Part shown: positions 21,558 to 31,108 of the stretch, piece by piece
How positions within the stretch are numbered: the stretch's first letter is position 1
How the letters are laid out: every line of letters begins with the position of its first letter
NCBI GenBank assembly: GCA_963727445.1
Contig: CAVSGI010000009.1
Coordinates: 352,001-416,000, forward strand
DNA from: an uncultured delta proteobacterium
Lineage (GTDB): Bacteria > Myxococcota_A > Polyangia > Polyangiales > B10-G4
Direction: 5' to 3'
Length of the DNA stretch: 64,000 nt
Notes under the pieces: generated by a model
The model's input: the letters and a program-made list of their open reading frames with translations, nothing else
Databases searched by the model: none
Told to the model about the DNA's origin: nothing
Made by a program: the position numbers and the translations under genes

Positions 21558-22577
21558 CTAAGGGATGAGCACCACTTTGCCGAGGTTCTTTCCGCCCTCG
21601 AGCATTTCGTGGGCCTCGCCTGTGCGGTCGAAGGGGACCGCGGCGTGGATGTGCGGTTTGATCTTCCCCTCTTCGTAGAGCGCGACGAGAGCCGTCATCT
21701 CTTCGAGGAGCATCTCGCGCTGATCCCAGAGGTGTCCCAGGTTGACGCCGGCGACCGCCTTGTTCTCGCTCATCATCTTCATGGGGTTGAAGCGCGGGAT
21801 CTGCACGACCTGCCGGATCACGTGGATCCAATGCCTGCGCTCGCCGCTCACGGCGTTCGCCATCCCGAAGGCCACCAGGATCCCGGCCTTCGCCAGCAGG
21901 GCGTAGCCCTTCTTCCAGTCGGGCCCGCCGAGCGCGTCGAGGATCACGTCGACGCCGCGCCCGTCCGTGAGGCGGCGGATCTCCTCGGCGTAGTCGAGGG
22001 TGCGGTAGTCGATGGGATGATCGCAGCCGTGCCCGCGAACGTAGTCGTGCTTGCGTGCGGAGGAGGTCCCGTAGGTCGTCACCCCGGCAACGGTGCGGCA
22101 GAGCTGGAGCGCAGCGGTGCCCACGCCGCCGGCCGCCATGTGCACCAGCACGTGGTCGCCGCTGCGTATCCGCGCGATGCGGAAGAGCATGTGATACGCG
22201 GTGAGGTAGTTGACCGGGATCGCGGCGGCGTCCTCGAAGCTCATCGCGTCGGGGATCGGGATCGCCAGCCACGCGGGCGTGCAGATGACGCTCGCGTGTG
22301 CGCCGAATTTCTTCATGAAGAGGACGCGGGTGCCGACGGCGGGCCCATCGACACCCGGTCCCAGCGCATCGACGACGCCGGCGCCTTCGTAACCGACGAC
22401 GCAGGGCGGCTTGGGTGCGTCGGGGTACAGACCCTGCCGCGCCGAGACCTCGGCGAAGTTGAGGCCGGCGGCCTCGACGCGAACACGAACCTCGCCCTCG
22501 GCGGGCTCGGGGTCGGGGGACTCCCGCACCTCGAGCACCGAAGGGCGGCCGTAGCGGGTGATGGTGACGGCGCGCAT
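21558..22577 (-). CDS. MDR-family NADPH:quinone oxidoreductase, VAT-1-like
   Basis: GLNFAE, VVGYEGAG, VNYLTAY, HMAAGGVGTA, KNLGKVVL. Confidence 0.9.
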   Translation of the reverse strand: MRAVTITRYGRPSVLEVRESPDPEPAEGEVRVRVEAAGLNFAEVSARQGLYPDAPKPPCVVGYEGAGVVDALGPGVDGPAVGTRVLFMKKFGAHASVICTPAWLAIPIPDAMSFEDAAAIPVNYLTAYHMLFRIARIRSGDHVLVHMAAGGVGTAALQLCRTVAGVTTYGTSSARKHDYVRGHGCDHPIDYRTLDYAEEIRRLTDGRGVDVILDALGGPDWKKGYALLAKAGILVAFGMANAVSGERRHWIHVIRQVVQIPRFNPMKMMSENKAVAGVNLGHLWDQREMLLEEMTALVALYEEGKIKPHIHAAVPFDRTGEAHEMLEGGKNLGKVVLIP

Positions 22578-22708
22578 GGCGCATGCCTTAGCACGGTTTG
22601 GCCCGGGCCTACACAGCCCCTTCCACGCGGCCCATCGCCCGCGCGGGGGAGGAGCGATGCGAAACCCCCTTGAGCCCACGAGCGTTCGCCCCCAGTGATC
22701 GAGGTGCG

Positions 22709-23641
22709 ATGACCACGGAGAAGAACCTCGGGTGGTCCGCCGGGAAGTACGCCGAGCTCGCCGGCTTCGACGGCGATTGGCGCGACTCTTGGTGGAACCA
22801 GGACTACTTGGAGCTCCTCGCGAAGCGCCTCCGCGCGAGCGAGGTCAGGAGCCTGCTCGATGTCGGGTGCGGCGCGGGGCATTGGGGGCAGCGCATCGGC
22901 ACGCTGCTCTCGCCGGGCGCACGCATCGTGGGCGTCGACCACGAGGAGGCGTTCCTCGAGGCTGCGGTGAAACGCGCGGAGGGTCGACCGCACGACTTCG
23001 AATATCGAGTGGCGAGCGCCGAGTCGCTTCCCTTCGAGGACGACGCCTTCGACATGGTGACGTGTCAGACGGTGCTCATCCACGTACCCGACGCGCGCGT
23101 GGCGCTGGCAGAGATGCTTCGCGTGTTGAAGCCAGGCGGCGTGCTCCTCGCGTGCGAGCCGAACAATCTCGTGAACGCGCTGGTGACCAAGGTCGCGTTG
23201 CCCCGACCGCCCTTCGAGGAGACCGCGAAGCTCCTGGCCTTCGAGGAGGCGTGCCTTCGCGGGAAGAAGACGCTGGGTCAGGGGGACGACAGCATCGGTG
23301 AGGAGCTCCCCCACCTCTTCACGGAGCTCGGGCTCGAAGACGTTCGCTCCTACAAGAACGACAACACCGGCCGCATCGTGCCGCCCTACGACGACCCGGC
23401 GGCGCAGAGCTCGATCGCGCTCCTGCGCGCGTCGGTGGCGGCCGGCGCGGGTCGTATGGGCGACCGCGCGACCTCGAAGCGCATGTACCTCGCGGGCGGC
23501 GGCGGCGAGGCGGAGCACGACGCGCTCTTCGACCTGCAGGTCGCGGCCCAGGCGCGCGCCCTGCGCGACATCGACGAGGGCCGACACGTCTTCGGGGGTG
23601 GCTTCTTGATGTACGCGGTGGCCGGTCGGAAGCCGAGCTGA
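22709..23641 (+). CDS. Class I SAM-dependent methyltransferase
   Basis: LLDVGCGAG, LPFEDDAFD, RVLKPGG. Confidence 0.9.
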   Translation: MTTEKNLGWSAGKYAELAGFDGDWRDSWWNQDYLELLAKRLRASEVRSLLDVGCGAGHWGQRIGTLLSPGARIVGVDHEEAFLEAAVKRAEGRPHDFEYRVASAESLPFEDDAFDMVTCQTVLIHVPDARVALAEMLRVLKPGGVLLACEPNNLVNALVTKVALPRPPFEETAKLLAFEEACLRGKKTLGQGDDSIGEELPHLFTELGLEDVRSYKNDNTGRIVPPYDDPAAQSSIALLRASVAAGAGRMGDRATSKRMYLAGGGGEAEHDALFDLQVAAQARALRDIDEGRHVFGGGFLMYAVAGRKPS

Positions 23642-23647
23642 CGGGGC

Positions 23648-24295
23648 TCAGCGAGACGGATCCGGGGGCGCGCTGGGAAGCTCGTCGGGGTGTGCGCAGA
23701 CGAGCGCGACGAGGCTCGCGATCACCGAACGGGCGCGCGTCAGCGCGTCCTCGCTCGGCGTCTCGGCGAGCAGCTCGAGTGAGATGCCCTCGACCGCGGA
23801 TACGAGGGCGAGCGGGATCATCGGGTCGAGCTGGCGCTCGGTGATCGACGTGAACAGGGCGTCGAGCCCGCGCATGATGTCGCGACGGAACCGCATCCGC
23901 ATCGCGAAGAGCGGGCTGTCGGATCGCAACGATTCCTCGACCAGCGAGCGCACGATGTCGCGATCGGTGCGATGGAGCTCGAAGAAGCCGTCGAGCGCCT
24001 CGGCGATCGCGTCCATCGGATCGGTCGTGCGGGCGACCGCCGAGGCGAAGGTCTCGGCGAGATGACGGGTGACGACCTCGAAGATCGCATGAACGACCGC
24101 GTTCTTGTCGGAGAAGTGCTTGTAGAACGTTCGGCGCGACACGTTGCCGGCGAAGAGGATGTCCTCCACGCGGGTCGCGGCGACGCCGCGGTCCGCGAAC
24201 TCGTCGATCGCCGCTGCGAGAATCCGACCGCGCGCATTGCCGCGGCCGGTGGTCGCGCCGACTGCTTCGCGCAAGCGGGTGCGTAGCGGAGTCAC
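23648..24295 (-). CDS. TetR/AcrR-family regulator
   Basis: ILAAAIDEFADRG...VSRRTFYKHFSDK HTH. Confidence 0.9.
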   Translation of the reverse strand: MTPLRTRLREAVGATTGRGNARGRILAAAIDEFADRGVAATRVEDILFAGNVSRRTFYKHFSDKNAVVHAIFEVVTRHLAETFASAVARTTDPMDAIAEALDGFFELHRTDRDIVRSLVEESLRSDSPLFAMRMRFRRDIMRGLDALFTSITERQLDPMIPLALVSAVEGISLELLAETPSEDALTRARSVIASLVALVCAHPDELPSAPPDPSR

Positions 24296-24930
24296 GCGGG
24301 CGGGACGGGCACGTGCGCCTGGTACAGCGCGACGCTGCCCAGCGGAGAGCGCCAGCGTCCGATCTCGGCGGGCGCGCTGAGGCCGGCTCCGGCCATGAGC
24401 TCGGGGTAGGTGCCCTCGACGTTGTCGCTCGTGTCGTCGAAGCCGTGCGCGAGCTGCACTACGACGAACATGCTCCGCATCACGCGGTCATGCGGGCGAC
24501 CGAAGTCCGCGATCAACAGGCGTCCCTTTGGAGCGAGAAGGCGTGCGCTCGCGGTGAGGGCGGCGCGCTTGGCGGCCCGCGGGAGATGATGGAGCAGGAG
24601 CGACGACACGATCGCGTCGAAGGGCCCCTCCACCGGGGGCTCTTCCGCGCGGCCGAGCACGTACGCGATGTTCGTGAAGGTTTCCGGCGTGTGATCGACA
24701 GCGCCGGCGAGGACGTCTTCGTCACAGTCGACGCCGATCACCTCGCACTCGGGGTACTGGCTCGCGAAGAGACGGGTCAGCCAGCCGCGGCCGCAGCCGA
24801 CGTGCAGGATGCGACGCGGCGAAGGACCGACGAGCCGAAGCATCTGTGGTGCGATGAGGTCCTCGCGCAGGCCGGTGGCGGCAAAAGGGTCGTAAAAACG
24901 GGCGAGTAGACGCTGGCGTGGGAGTGACAT
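24292..24930 (-). CDS. Class I SAM-dependent methyltransferase
   Basis: ILHVGCGRG (motif I Asp replaced by His), FDAIVSSLLLHHL, LAPKGRLLIADF. Confidence 0.85.
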   Translation of the reverse strand: MSLPRQRLLARFYDPFAATGLREDLIAPQMLRLVGPSPRRILHVGCGRGWLTRLFASQYPECEVIGVDCDEDVLAGAVDHTPETFTNIAYVLGRAEEPPVEGPFDAIVSSLLLHHLPRAAKRAALTASARLLAPKGRLLIADFGRPHDRVMRSMFVVVQLAHGFDDTSDNVEGTYPELMAGAGLSAPAEIGRWRSPLGSVALYQAHVPVPPA

Positions 24931-24943
24931 GTGGCGGCTCCGA

Positions 24944-24968
24944 GAAAGTATACGCAGTGTATACTTTC
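24944..24968. promoter_or_regulatory. AT-rich palindrome, probable TetR operator
   Basis: GAAAGTATAC-GCAGT-GTATACTTTC, 13 bp upstream of the methyltransferase-tetR operon. Confidence 0.7.
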
Positions 24969-25010
24969 GGCCCGTGCGCCTCGCAAGCGGAATTCGTCCG
25001 AGTCGAAGTC

Positions 25011-25241
25011 CTAGTCTTCTTCGTTCGTCAGCGCGGACGTCCCGAGCGATTCCTGCGCGGCGCACATCTCCTGGCATGCGGGATCCGATGCGGGCTCGCA
25101 CTCACAAGGCGGCTCGGGCGCGGGGCCCTCGGCTCCGGCGGTCTCTTCCCCGGCAGGATCGTTGCCGTACTCCGAGGAGCTCTCGCTTCCGCAGGCACAG
25201 GCAAAGGCGAGACCGACACACAACAGGATGACGCGACTCAT
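25011..25241 (-). CDS. Small acidic lipoprotein
   Basis: MSRVILLCVGLAFACAC; Cys motif CECEPASDPACQEMC. Confidence 0.55.
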   Translation of the reverse strand: MSRVILLCVGLAFACACGSESSSEYGNDPAGEETAGAEGPAPEPPCECEPASDPACQEMCAAQESLGTSALTNEED

Positions 25242-25287
25242 CCCCGAAGAATCCGCAAAGGTCGCTGACGAGTCAATGCGGACGCCG

Positions 25288-25644
25288 TCACCGCTCGACG
25301 AGAACGAGCTCGAACTCGCCTGCAAGCACGAGGCTCTCTCCGGTTTCGAAGCGGAGCTCGCCCCCTCGCGGGATCTCGACGAGCTCGCCGTTCCGGCGCC
25401 GCACCGCCGTGCCGTTCGTGCTCTCGAGGCATCGCGCGAGCGCGGCGCCGTCCTCCCCCGGAATCGGGACGACTTTCAGATGGTGACGCGCGACGGTACC
25501 GGAGCTGATCTGAACGTCGGCTTCGCGCGAACGTCCGAGCAACAGACCCGCTGCGCCCAGCACCGCCTCGAGGGTGGCGGGAGAGCAGGCGGATGCCTTC
25601 GTCTTCATCCGTAGGGCGAGCGGCACGAGGACGGATTGTAGCAT
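25288..25644 (-). CDS. Stand-alone FHA domain protein
   Basis: LGRSREAD, VARHHL, STNGT. Confidence 0.75.
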   Translation of the reverse strand: MLQSVLVPLALRMKTKASACSPATLEAVLGAAGLLLGRSREADVQISSGTVARHHLKVVPIPGEDGAALARCLESTNGTAVRRRNGELVEIPRGGELRFETGESLVLAGEFELVLVER

Positions 25645-25714
25645 CGCGGCCCTCGTCCTCGCGCCAGCCACGATCGCCGATCGCCTCGAAGTCTGCGATG
25701 CTCCCAGCACCCCT

Positions 25715-26452
25715 ATGGGTTCAACGCAAAGCCAACTCCCCGACTATGGCCTCGACGCGCCGGGCCTGGTCAGGTTCTTCGTCCTCGGCGGCGGCGCACT
25801 GGGCCTCGCGGGAACGGTGACGACGATCCTCGCGCCCGCGATCGGGATGGCACACGCGGCGATGTGGATGGGTGGCTCCTTCTTCCTGACCGGGCTCCTC
25901 ATGTGGATGAGCTCGCGCTTCGGCAAGCTCCGTGCGCGCGACGCGCTGATCGATGGGCTCGCGCTGCGCGGCCACGAGCAGGTGCTCGACGTCGGGTGCG
26001 GTCGCGGTCTTCTGCTCGTCGGCGCGGCGAAGCGCCTCGACGGTGGGCGGGCGGTCGGCATCGACATCTGGTCGGAGCGCGACCTGGGCGGCAATGCGGC
26101 GAACGCCACGCTCACGAACGCCCGGGCCGAAGGCGTCGAAGAGCGCGTCGAGGTGGTCACGGGCGACATGTGCGCGATGCCCTTCGAGGACGGTCGTTTC
26201 GACGCCGCGGTTTCCTGCTTCGCGATCCACAACGTCCCGAAGCGCGAGGATCGCCGGCGTGCGATCGCCGAAGTCGCGCGTGTGCTCGCGCCCGGCGGGC
26301 GCGTCGCCATTCAGGACCTCGGCCGCACCGGGCAGTACGCTGCGGACTTGCGGGAGCTGGGCTTCGAGGACGTGCACCGCACCTTCAGCCCGTGGACCTT
26401 TCCGCCCTCGAGGGTCGTCCGGGGGACGAAGCCCTCCCGCGAGCGTACCTGA
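25715..26452 (+). CDS. Membrane-anchored class I SAM methyltransferase
   Basis: YGLDAP, two TM helices, VLDVGCGRG, GIDIW, MPFEDGRFD, RVLAPGG. Confidence 0.9.
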   Translation: MGSTQSQLPDYGLDAPGLVRFFVLGGGALGLAGTVTTILAPAIGMAHAAMWMGGSFFLTGLLMWMSSRFGKLRARDALIDGLALRGHEQVLDVGCGRGLLLVGAAKRLDGGRAVGIDIWSERDLGGNAANATLTNARAEGVEERVEVVTGDMCAMPFEDGRFDAAVSCFAIHNVPKREDRRRAIAEVARVLAPGGRVAIQDLGRTGQYAADLRELGFEDVHRTFSPWTFPPSRVVRGTKPSRERT

Positions 26453-26509
26453 GGCCGGTTGTGGGAAATGCGGCTTGCGCACCGAGCGCGCACGCCCGAG
26501 AGACACCCC

Positions 26510-27040
26510 ATGGGACGGAGAGGACGAGAGCTCCTGACGCAGCGGTGGGCGACTCACCGAAACTGGTCCAAGCAAGCGGCCATGCTGAGGTCTCACGACC
26601 GACTCGAGCATGCGTCGGCTCGCGTCGTGGAGATGACGCGCGAGACCGACGAGCCTGGGCGCGCAGCCCGTGCGTTCCGGCATCTGCTTCCTTCGGTCGA
26701 CAGCCACCTTCAATACCAGGAGCAGAAGCTCCTGCCGTTTCTCGAGTGGCGATGGGGCACTTCGACCGCCGCGCTCCTCGCGGACCAGAGGGCGCTCGTC
26801 GCGCAGCGAAGCGAGGTCATCGCCGCCCTGGAGGCCGCGGCGGCCGACGCAAAGCTCAGAGGCGTCGCGCTGGAGCGACTCGAAGCGCATCACGCGCTCC
26901 TCGTCCGCACCCTCGCGGCGACCGAGACGCTCGCCATTCCGCTCCTCGTCCAGCTGAGCCCATCGGAGCTCTCCAGCTTCACCCTCATGCGCGTGGGAGG
27001 GCTCCGTGAGCTCATCGCCACGCACGCTGCCGCCGAGTAG
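26510..27040 (+). CDS. Hemerythrin-like helical protein with degenerate metal ligands
   Basis: SHDRL, HLQYQEQKLLP pattern resembling HxxxEExxLxP; start uncertain. Confidence 0.55.
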   Translation: MGRRGRELLTQRWATHRNWSKQAAMLRSHDRLEHASARVVEMTRETDEPGRAARAFRHLLPSVDSHLQYQEQKLLPFLEWRWGTSTAALLADQRALVAQRSEVIAALEAAAADAKLRGVALERLEAHHALLVRTLAATETLAIPLLVQLSPSELSSFTLMRVGGLRELIATHAAAE

Positions 27041-27084
27041 CGGTCTGCGGAAGGCCATGGAGCGCTATCCTTCTACGAGCTCCC

Positions 27085-27729
27085 ATGGCCGAGCAGCAGA
27101 ACAAACGAGTTCGCGTCATCTCCGGTGCACACGGGGTCACCCTGCGTGCGACGCTCGGACTCCTCGACGCCATCGGGACGACCTTCGAGTCCCTTGGCTG
27201 GACCCTCGGGGCGGTGAGGGCGCGGCGGCGCCTCTCCCGGCTTCTCGACGAGGCCGGGCATCCCGTCCCCATCGCCGGGGCGTCGGAGGGTGTGATCCGC
27301 ATCGAAGGCCGCGTCGAGCTCCTCGATTCGGTCGACGATGAGCATGGGGATGCGGTCGCGGCGTTTCTGGTGCGCGAGACCAGAGACGAGGCGTGCGGTT
27401 GCCAGAGCAACTGCACCGCGATCAAGCGTTGGGTCACGACGCGCGGCAACGCCGGACGATTCATGGTGCGGGACGCGGGCGGCGTCGCCTTGGTGATCGG
27501 CCCGCGCCTTCGGCTCCTGGACTTTCGCGGCCAGCCGGTCGATCCCTTCGAGGCCGGCGCGCTCCGGGTGCGCGACGGAGATCTGGTGACCGTCCTCGGC
27601 TCGGCGGCGAACGAGGTCGTGGAGGAGTCGCGCGCGCGCCCGGCAGACGGGTATCGCGGAACGCGGACGACCCCAGTGTTTCGCGCGGTCCCAGAGATTC
27701 CGGTCCACGTCTTCTGCGCCCGATCCTAG
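27085..27729 (+). CDS. Hypothetical protein
   Basis: Clean ORF with plausible composition; GDLVTVLG...GYRG C-terminal segment. Confidence 0.6.
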   Translation: MAEQQNKRVRVISGAHGVTLRATLGLLDAIGTTFESLGWTLGAVRARRRLSRLLDEAGHPVPIAGASEGVIRIEGRVELLDSVDDEHGDAVAAFLVRETRDEACGCQSNCTAIKRWVTTRGNAGRFMVRDAGGVALVIGPRLRLLDFRGQPVDPFEAGALRVRDGDLVTVLGSAANEVVEESRARPADGYRGTRTTPVFRAVPEIPVHVFCARS

Positions 27730-27755
27730 CGAGGCACCTCAGCGGCTGAACGCCG

Positions 27756-28748
27756 TCACCACAGCGCGTGGTGGTCTTCGACGACGCCGAAGAGGCCGCT
27801 CACATCGTGGCCGAGGACGTTGCCTTCGAAGCGACCGTAGGGCTGGACGAAGTCGGTGCGCAGTGGCCCCACGCCCATGTGCTCCTCGCGCGCGCCCTCT
27901 GGATGGATCTCGAGGTCGACCTCGTCGCCTTCGAGGGAGCGGACGCGCCACGGCTCGTCCTTCGGCCGTGGGGGCACGTCGAAGCGCACACCGCCGAGGG
28001 GCACGACGCGGCCGTCGATCCACGCGGCGTTCTCGCGTGAATGTCCGCGTTCGTCGTCGTAAACCTGCGCGGAGAGGTTGAGCCCGAAGGCACGCCCATC
28101 CGCGAGGCGTCCACTCGTGCAGCACCAGTTCCACACCGTCTCGCGGCGGGCCTGCGAGCGAGTCCAATCGCTCGCAGCGAGCGCGCCCTCCAAAGAGATC
28201 GGCACGTCGCCGAGCCGGAGTGCACCCGAGGCTGGCCATCCCGCGGCCTTGTGGGTGTAGGCGACGTGCGTGGCGTCGAGGCGGTGCAGCATGGCGAGAG
28301 ACTCCTGCGCCTCGATGTGCGCTTCGCCGGTGAGTCGCAGCGCGCCGACGGGCAGATCCAGCGCCACGTCCCATCCATCGCGGGCGGTGATCGACACCGC
28401 CGCCTCCCGCGTCTTCCACGCGGTCGTGCCCCGGACCGAGCTCTCGGCGATGCTCGGCTGCCGGCCGAGCGGCGAGATCACACCGTACTCATGTGTGGGT
28501 GCGTCGCCCGCGCGGTCGACGGCGTAGGCGAAGACGCTCCCCACGTAGCCGAGCTGCACCAGGCCGAGGGCGACAAAGAAGCGATCGTTGGTGAAGGAGA
28601 GGTAGTGCCACTCCTTGAGCCGGTAACGCGACAGACCTCGTCCACCGAGATCGATCTCGGCGAAGGGCGTTCGGTAGATCCCGAGCTGCGCGTCGTCGCC
28701 GGGTGCGTAGACGTCGGGCGCTTCGGGCAGTGAAGGCAGCTCGCTCAC
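27756..28748 (-). CDS. DUF2804-family protein
   Basis: KEWHY, YTHKAAG, DWTR, WNW, FGLNL, ENAAWIDG, FVQPYGRFEG, GVVEDHHALW. Confidence 0.8.
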   Translation of the reverse strand: MSELPSLPEAPDVYAPGDDAQLGIYRTPFAEIDLGGRGLSRYRLKEWHYLSFTNDRFFVALGLVQLGYVGSVFAYAVDRAGDAPTHEYGVISPLGRQPSIAESSVRGTTAWKTREAAVSITARDGWDVALDLPVGALRLTGEAHIEAQESLAMLHRLDATHVAYTHKAAGWPASGALRLGDVPISLEGALAASDWTRSQARRETVWNWCCTSGRLADGRAFGLNLSAQVYDDERGHSRENAAWIDGRVVPLGGVRFDVPPRPKDEPWRVRSLEGDEVDLEIHPEGAREEHMGVGPLRTDFVQPYGRFEGNVLGHDVSGLFGVVEDHHALW

Positions 28749-28764
28749 GGATGCGGGCAGGCGT

Positions 28765-29397
28765 TCAGGCGAGGACGCCGCGGAGGTTGTAGTCGAGCAC
28801 CGCGCGGCCGATGCGCTCGGGATCGGCCTCTCCGTCCTGCATCAAGCGCTCCTCGAGCAGATACTTGATGGAGCCGAGGATGCAGCTCGCGACGATGTCC
28901 ACGTCGACGTCGCGCACGAGGCCCAGCCGCTGCCCGTTCTCGAGGGAGTAGCGGATGAAGTCGTGAAGGCTCCCGTAGAAGCTGCTGAGCTTCTTGTCGA
29001 CCTCGGCGTCGAGGCCGACCGCCTCGCGCAGCAGGATGCGCGTGAGCGCCTTGTGTTCGGTGACCGAACGGACGATGCGCGAGACCGTTTCGACCAGCTG
29101 ATCCTGAATGGGAGGGGCGCCATCCGTGGTGTCGACGCCGACCACCGTCTTGCGCAGCTCGGCGAGGAGCTCCTCGGTGAGCTCGACGAAGATCGCCTGC
29201 TTGGACTCGAAGTAGAGGTAGAAAGTGCCGCGCGCGATGCCCGCCGCGTCGATGATGTCGCTGATGCGCGTGCCGTGATAGCCCTTGGCGGCGAAGACGG
29301 TCTCCGCCGTTCGCAGGATCTCTGCGCGCCGCGTCTCACGCTGCGCTTCGGCGCGAAGGCTTCGGCCGTCGACGCGTTCGGTGCTGGTCTCGCTCAC
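28765..29397 (-). CDS. TetR/AcrR-family regulator
   Basis: FAAKGYHGTRISDIIDAAGIARGTFYLYFESK; GTG start overlapping the acyltransferase stop. Confidence 0.92.
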   Translation of the reverse strand: MSETSTERVDGRSLRAEAQRETRRAEILRTAETVFAAKGYHGTRISDIIDAAGIARGTFYLYFESKQAIFVELTEELLAELRKTVVGVDTTDGAPPIQDQLVETVSRIVRSVTEHKALTRILLREAVGLDAEVDKKLSSFYGSLHDFIRYSLENGQRLGLVRDVDVDIVASCILGSIKYLLEERLMQDGEADPERIGRAVLDYNLRGVLA

Positions 29398-30200
29398 GCC
29401 CCCCTCCACGCGCGGCGCCCGTTCTCGGCTGCCTGTTGGGTCTCGTATTCTTCGAAGTAGGCGTCGACACGACGCGCGATGGGCTCGCGCACCTTCGCCG
29501 CGAGCTCCTCGACGGTTTCCGGTCCGGTGCTCGAAATAGGCTGCTCGCAATAGACGGTCACCGTGTTGCCGGGTCGGATGATCCAGGAATCGGCGCGCAT
29601 CACGTGTTGCATTCCGGTGACGGCGACCGGGACGATCGGGATGTCGAGCTCGCGCGCGATGTGGAAGACCCCGCGCTTGAAAGGACGCACGCGTCCGTCG
29701 CGAGTGCGGTGTCCTTCGGGGAAGGCGAGGATCGAATGGCCGGCATCGATCTCGCGCTTGAAGTCCTCCATGAGGCGTCGCGTCTGGCTCGCGCCCCGGT
29801 GGACCGCGATGGTGCCGCGCTGCCTCATGAACCAGCCGTAGACCGGGTATTCGAAGTGCTTCGCGAGCTCGAGGCCCTGTTTGAAGTGGGGCGTTGCGTC
29901 GTACATCGTGCAGTGGTCGAAGTGGTTCACGTGGTTGCACGCGAACACGTACTGCCGATTCGGGTCCACGTCGGGGTGGACGACGGCGCGCCACTTCGAG
30001 CCGGTGAGGGCGACCTGGCCGCGGACGTAGAGCCGGTTGAGCCACTCGATCTGGTCGGAGCGCAGGAAGGTCTGCAGGGCCATCATCGACCCCATGCAGG
30101 GCACGATCGACGAGACGCCTGCGGCCCACAGGCCGGCGGAGACGACCTTGTCGCCGAGGGTCGCGGGGGGCGCTGCGTTCTTCTTCTTTCGCTCGCTCAT
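29394..30200 (-). CDS. Lysophospholipid acyltransferase (PlsC family)
   Basis: NHVNHFD (HxxxxD), FPEGHRT, PFKRG, PIVPVAV. Confidence 0.92.
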   Translation of the reverse strand: MSERKKKNAAPPATLGDKVVSAGLWAAGVSSIVPCMGSMMALQTFLRSDQIEWLNRLYVRGQVALTGSKWRAVVHPDVDPNRQYVFACNHVNHFDHCTMYDATPHFKQGLELAKHFEYPVYGWFMRQRGTIAVHRGASQTRRLMEDFKREIDAGHSILAFPEGHRTRDGRVRPFKRGVFHIARELDIPIVPVAVTGMQHVMRADSWIIRPGNTVTVYCEQPISSTGPETVEELAAKVREPIARRVDAYFEEYETQQAAENGRRAWRGA

Positions 30201-31105
30201 GCGATCACCTTCAGGGCGCCCGGCACCACCTCGAGGGCTTCGAGCTTCAAAGGAATCACTTCTCCATCCACCATGCATTCCAGCTCGCCCACGTTCTCGA
30301 GCTCGACGCGCCTCGCGCGGGTCTGCTCCACGTCGGGGGCGGTCACGTGCTTGCCGTCGAAGATCTCGGGGAAGGTCTTGAGCAGCTTCACCCGGCCGAT
30401 GTCGCCCACGCGAATGACGTCGAGCTCGCCGTCGCTCGGGTCCGCCGACGGCGCCATCATCATGGTGCCGCCAGTGAACTTGCTGTTCGAGAACGACAGC
30501 AGCACCGCCGGACGCTCGTCCAACTCCCCTCCGTCGAGACGCATGGGAAAGACGGGATGCTTGAGCTTCGCCGTGCAGACCACGGTGGCCAGGACGTAGC
30601 CTGCCGTGCCCAACCCCTTGAAGCGGCGGTTGGTGAGCCCGCCTGCGTCGGCGGTGAAACCGATGGAGAGCAGGTTGATGTAGTGGAGGATGCCGTCCGC
30701 GTGCTCGGCGCGGATCACGTCGCACTCCCGCTCGCGCCCGCGCGCCAGCGCCTCGATGGCGAGGTCGGTGGTGTCGATGTCGAAGTCCCGCAGGAAGGAG
30801 TTGCCGGTGCCGAGGGGCAAGAGGCCCAGCACCGGCGCGCCCGCGCCGTTCGCCTTCTTCGGGTCTGCGGCGAAGATTCCGTCGACCACTTCGAAGCTGG
30901 TGCCGTCGCCGCCTACCGACAGAAAGTGCGTGACGCCGCGCTCGCGCGCGTCCTTGGCGAGCTCGCGCGCGTGTCCCGGCCCGCGTGTCCTGTGCACCTC
31001 CATCTTCAGGCCGCCCCGCTCGAGGCGCGCTCGCGCATCACCGAACCTCTTTCGGGCGCGGCCTCCGCCGGCGGCGGGGTTGAAGATGGTGAAGAAGGTC
31101 GTCAT
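30197..31105 (-). CDS. Diacylglycerol/sphingosine kinase-family lipid kinase
   Basis: NPAAG, VGGDGT, LPLGTGN, VDGE. Confidence 0.92.
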   Translation of the reverse strand: MTTFFTIFNPAAGGGRARKRFGDARARLERGGLKMEVHRTRGPGHARELAKDARERGVTHFLSVGGDGTSFEVVDGIFAADPKKANGAGAPVLGLLPLGTGNSFLRDFDIDTTDLAIEALARGRERECDVIRAEHADGILHYINLLSIGFTADAGGLTNRRFKGLGTAGYVLATVVCTAKLKHPVFPMRLDGGELDERPAVLLSFSNSKFTGGTMMMAPSADPSDGELDVIRVGDIGRVKLLKTFPEIFDGKHVTAPDVEQTRARRVELENVGELECMVDGEVIPLKLEALEVVPGALKVIA

Positions 31106-31108
31106 CGC

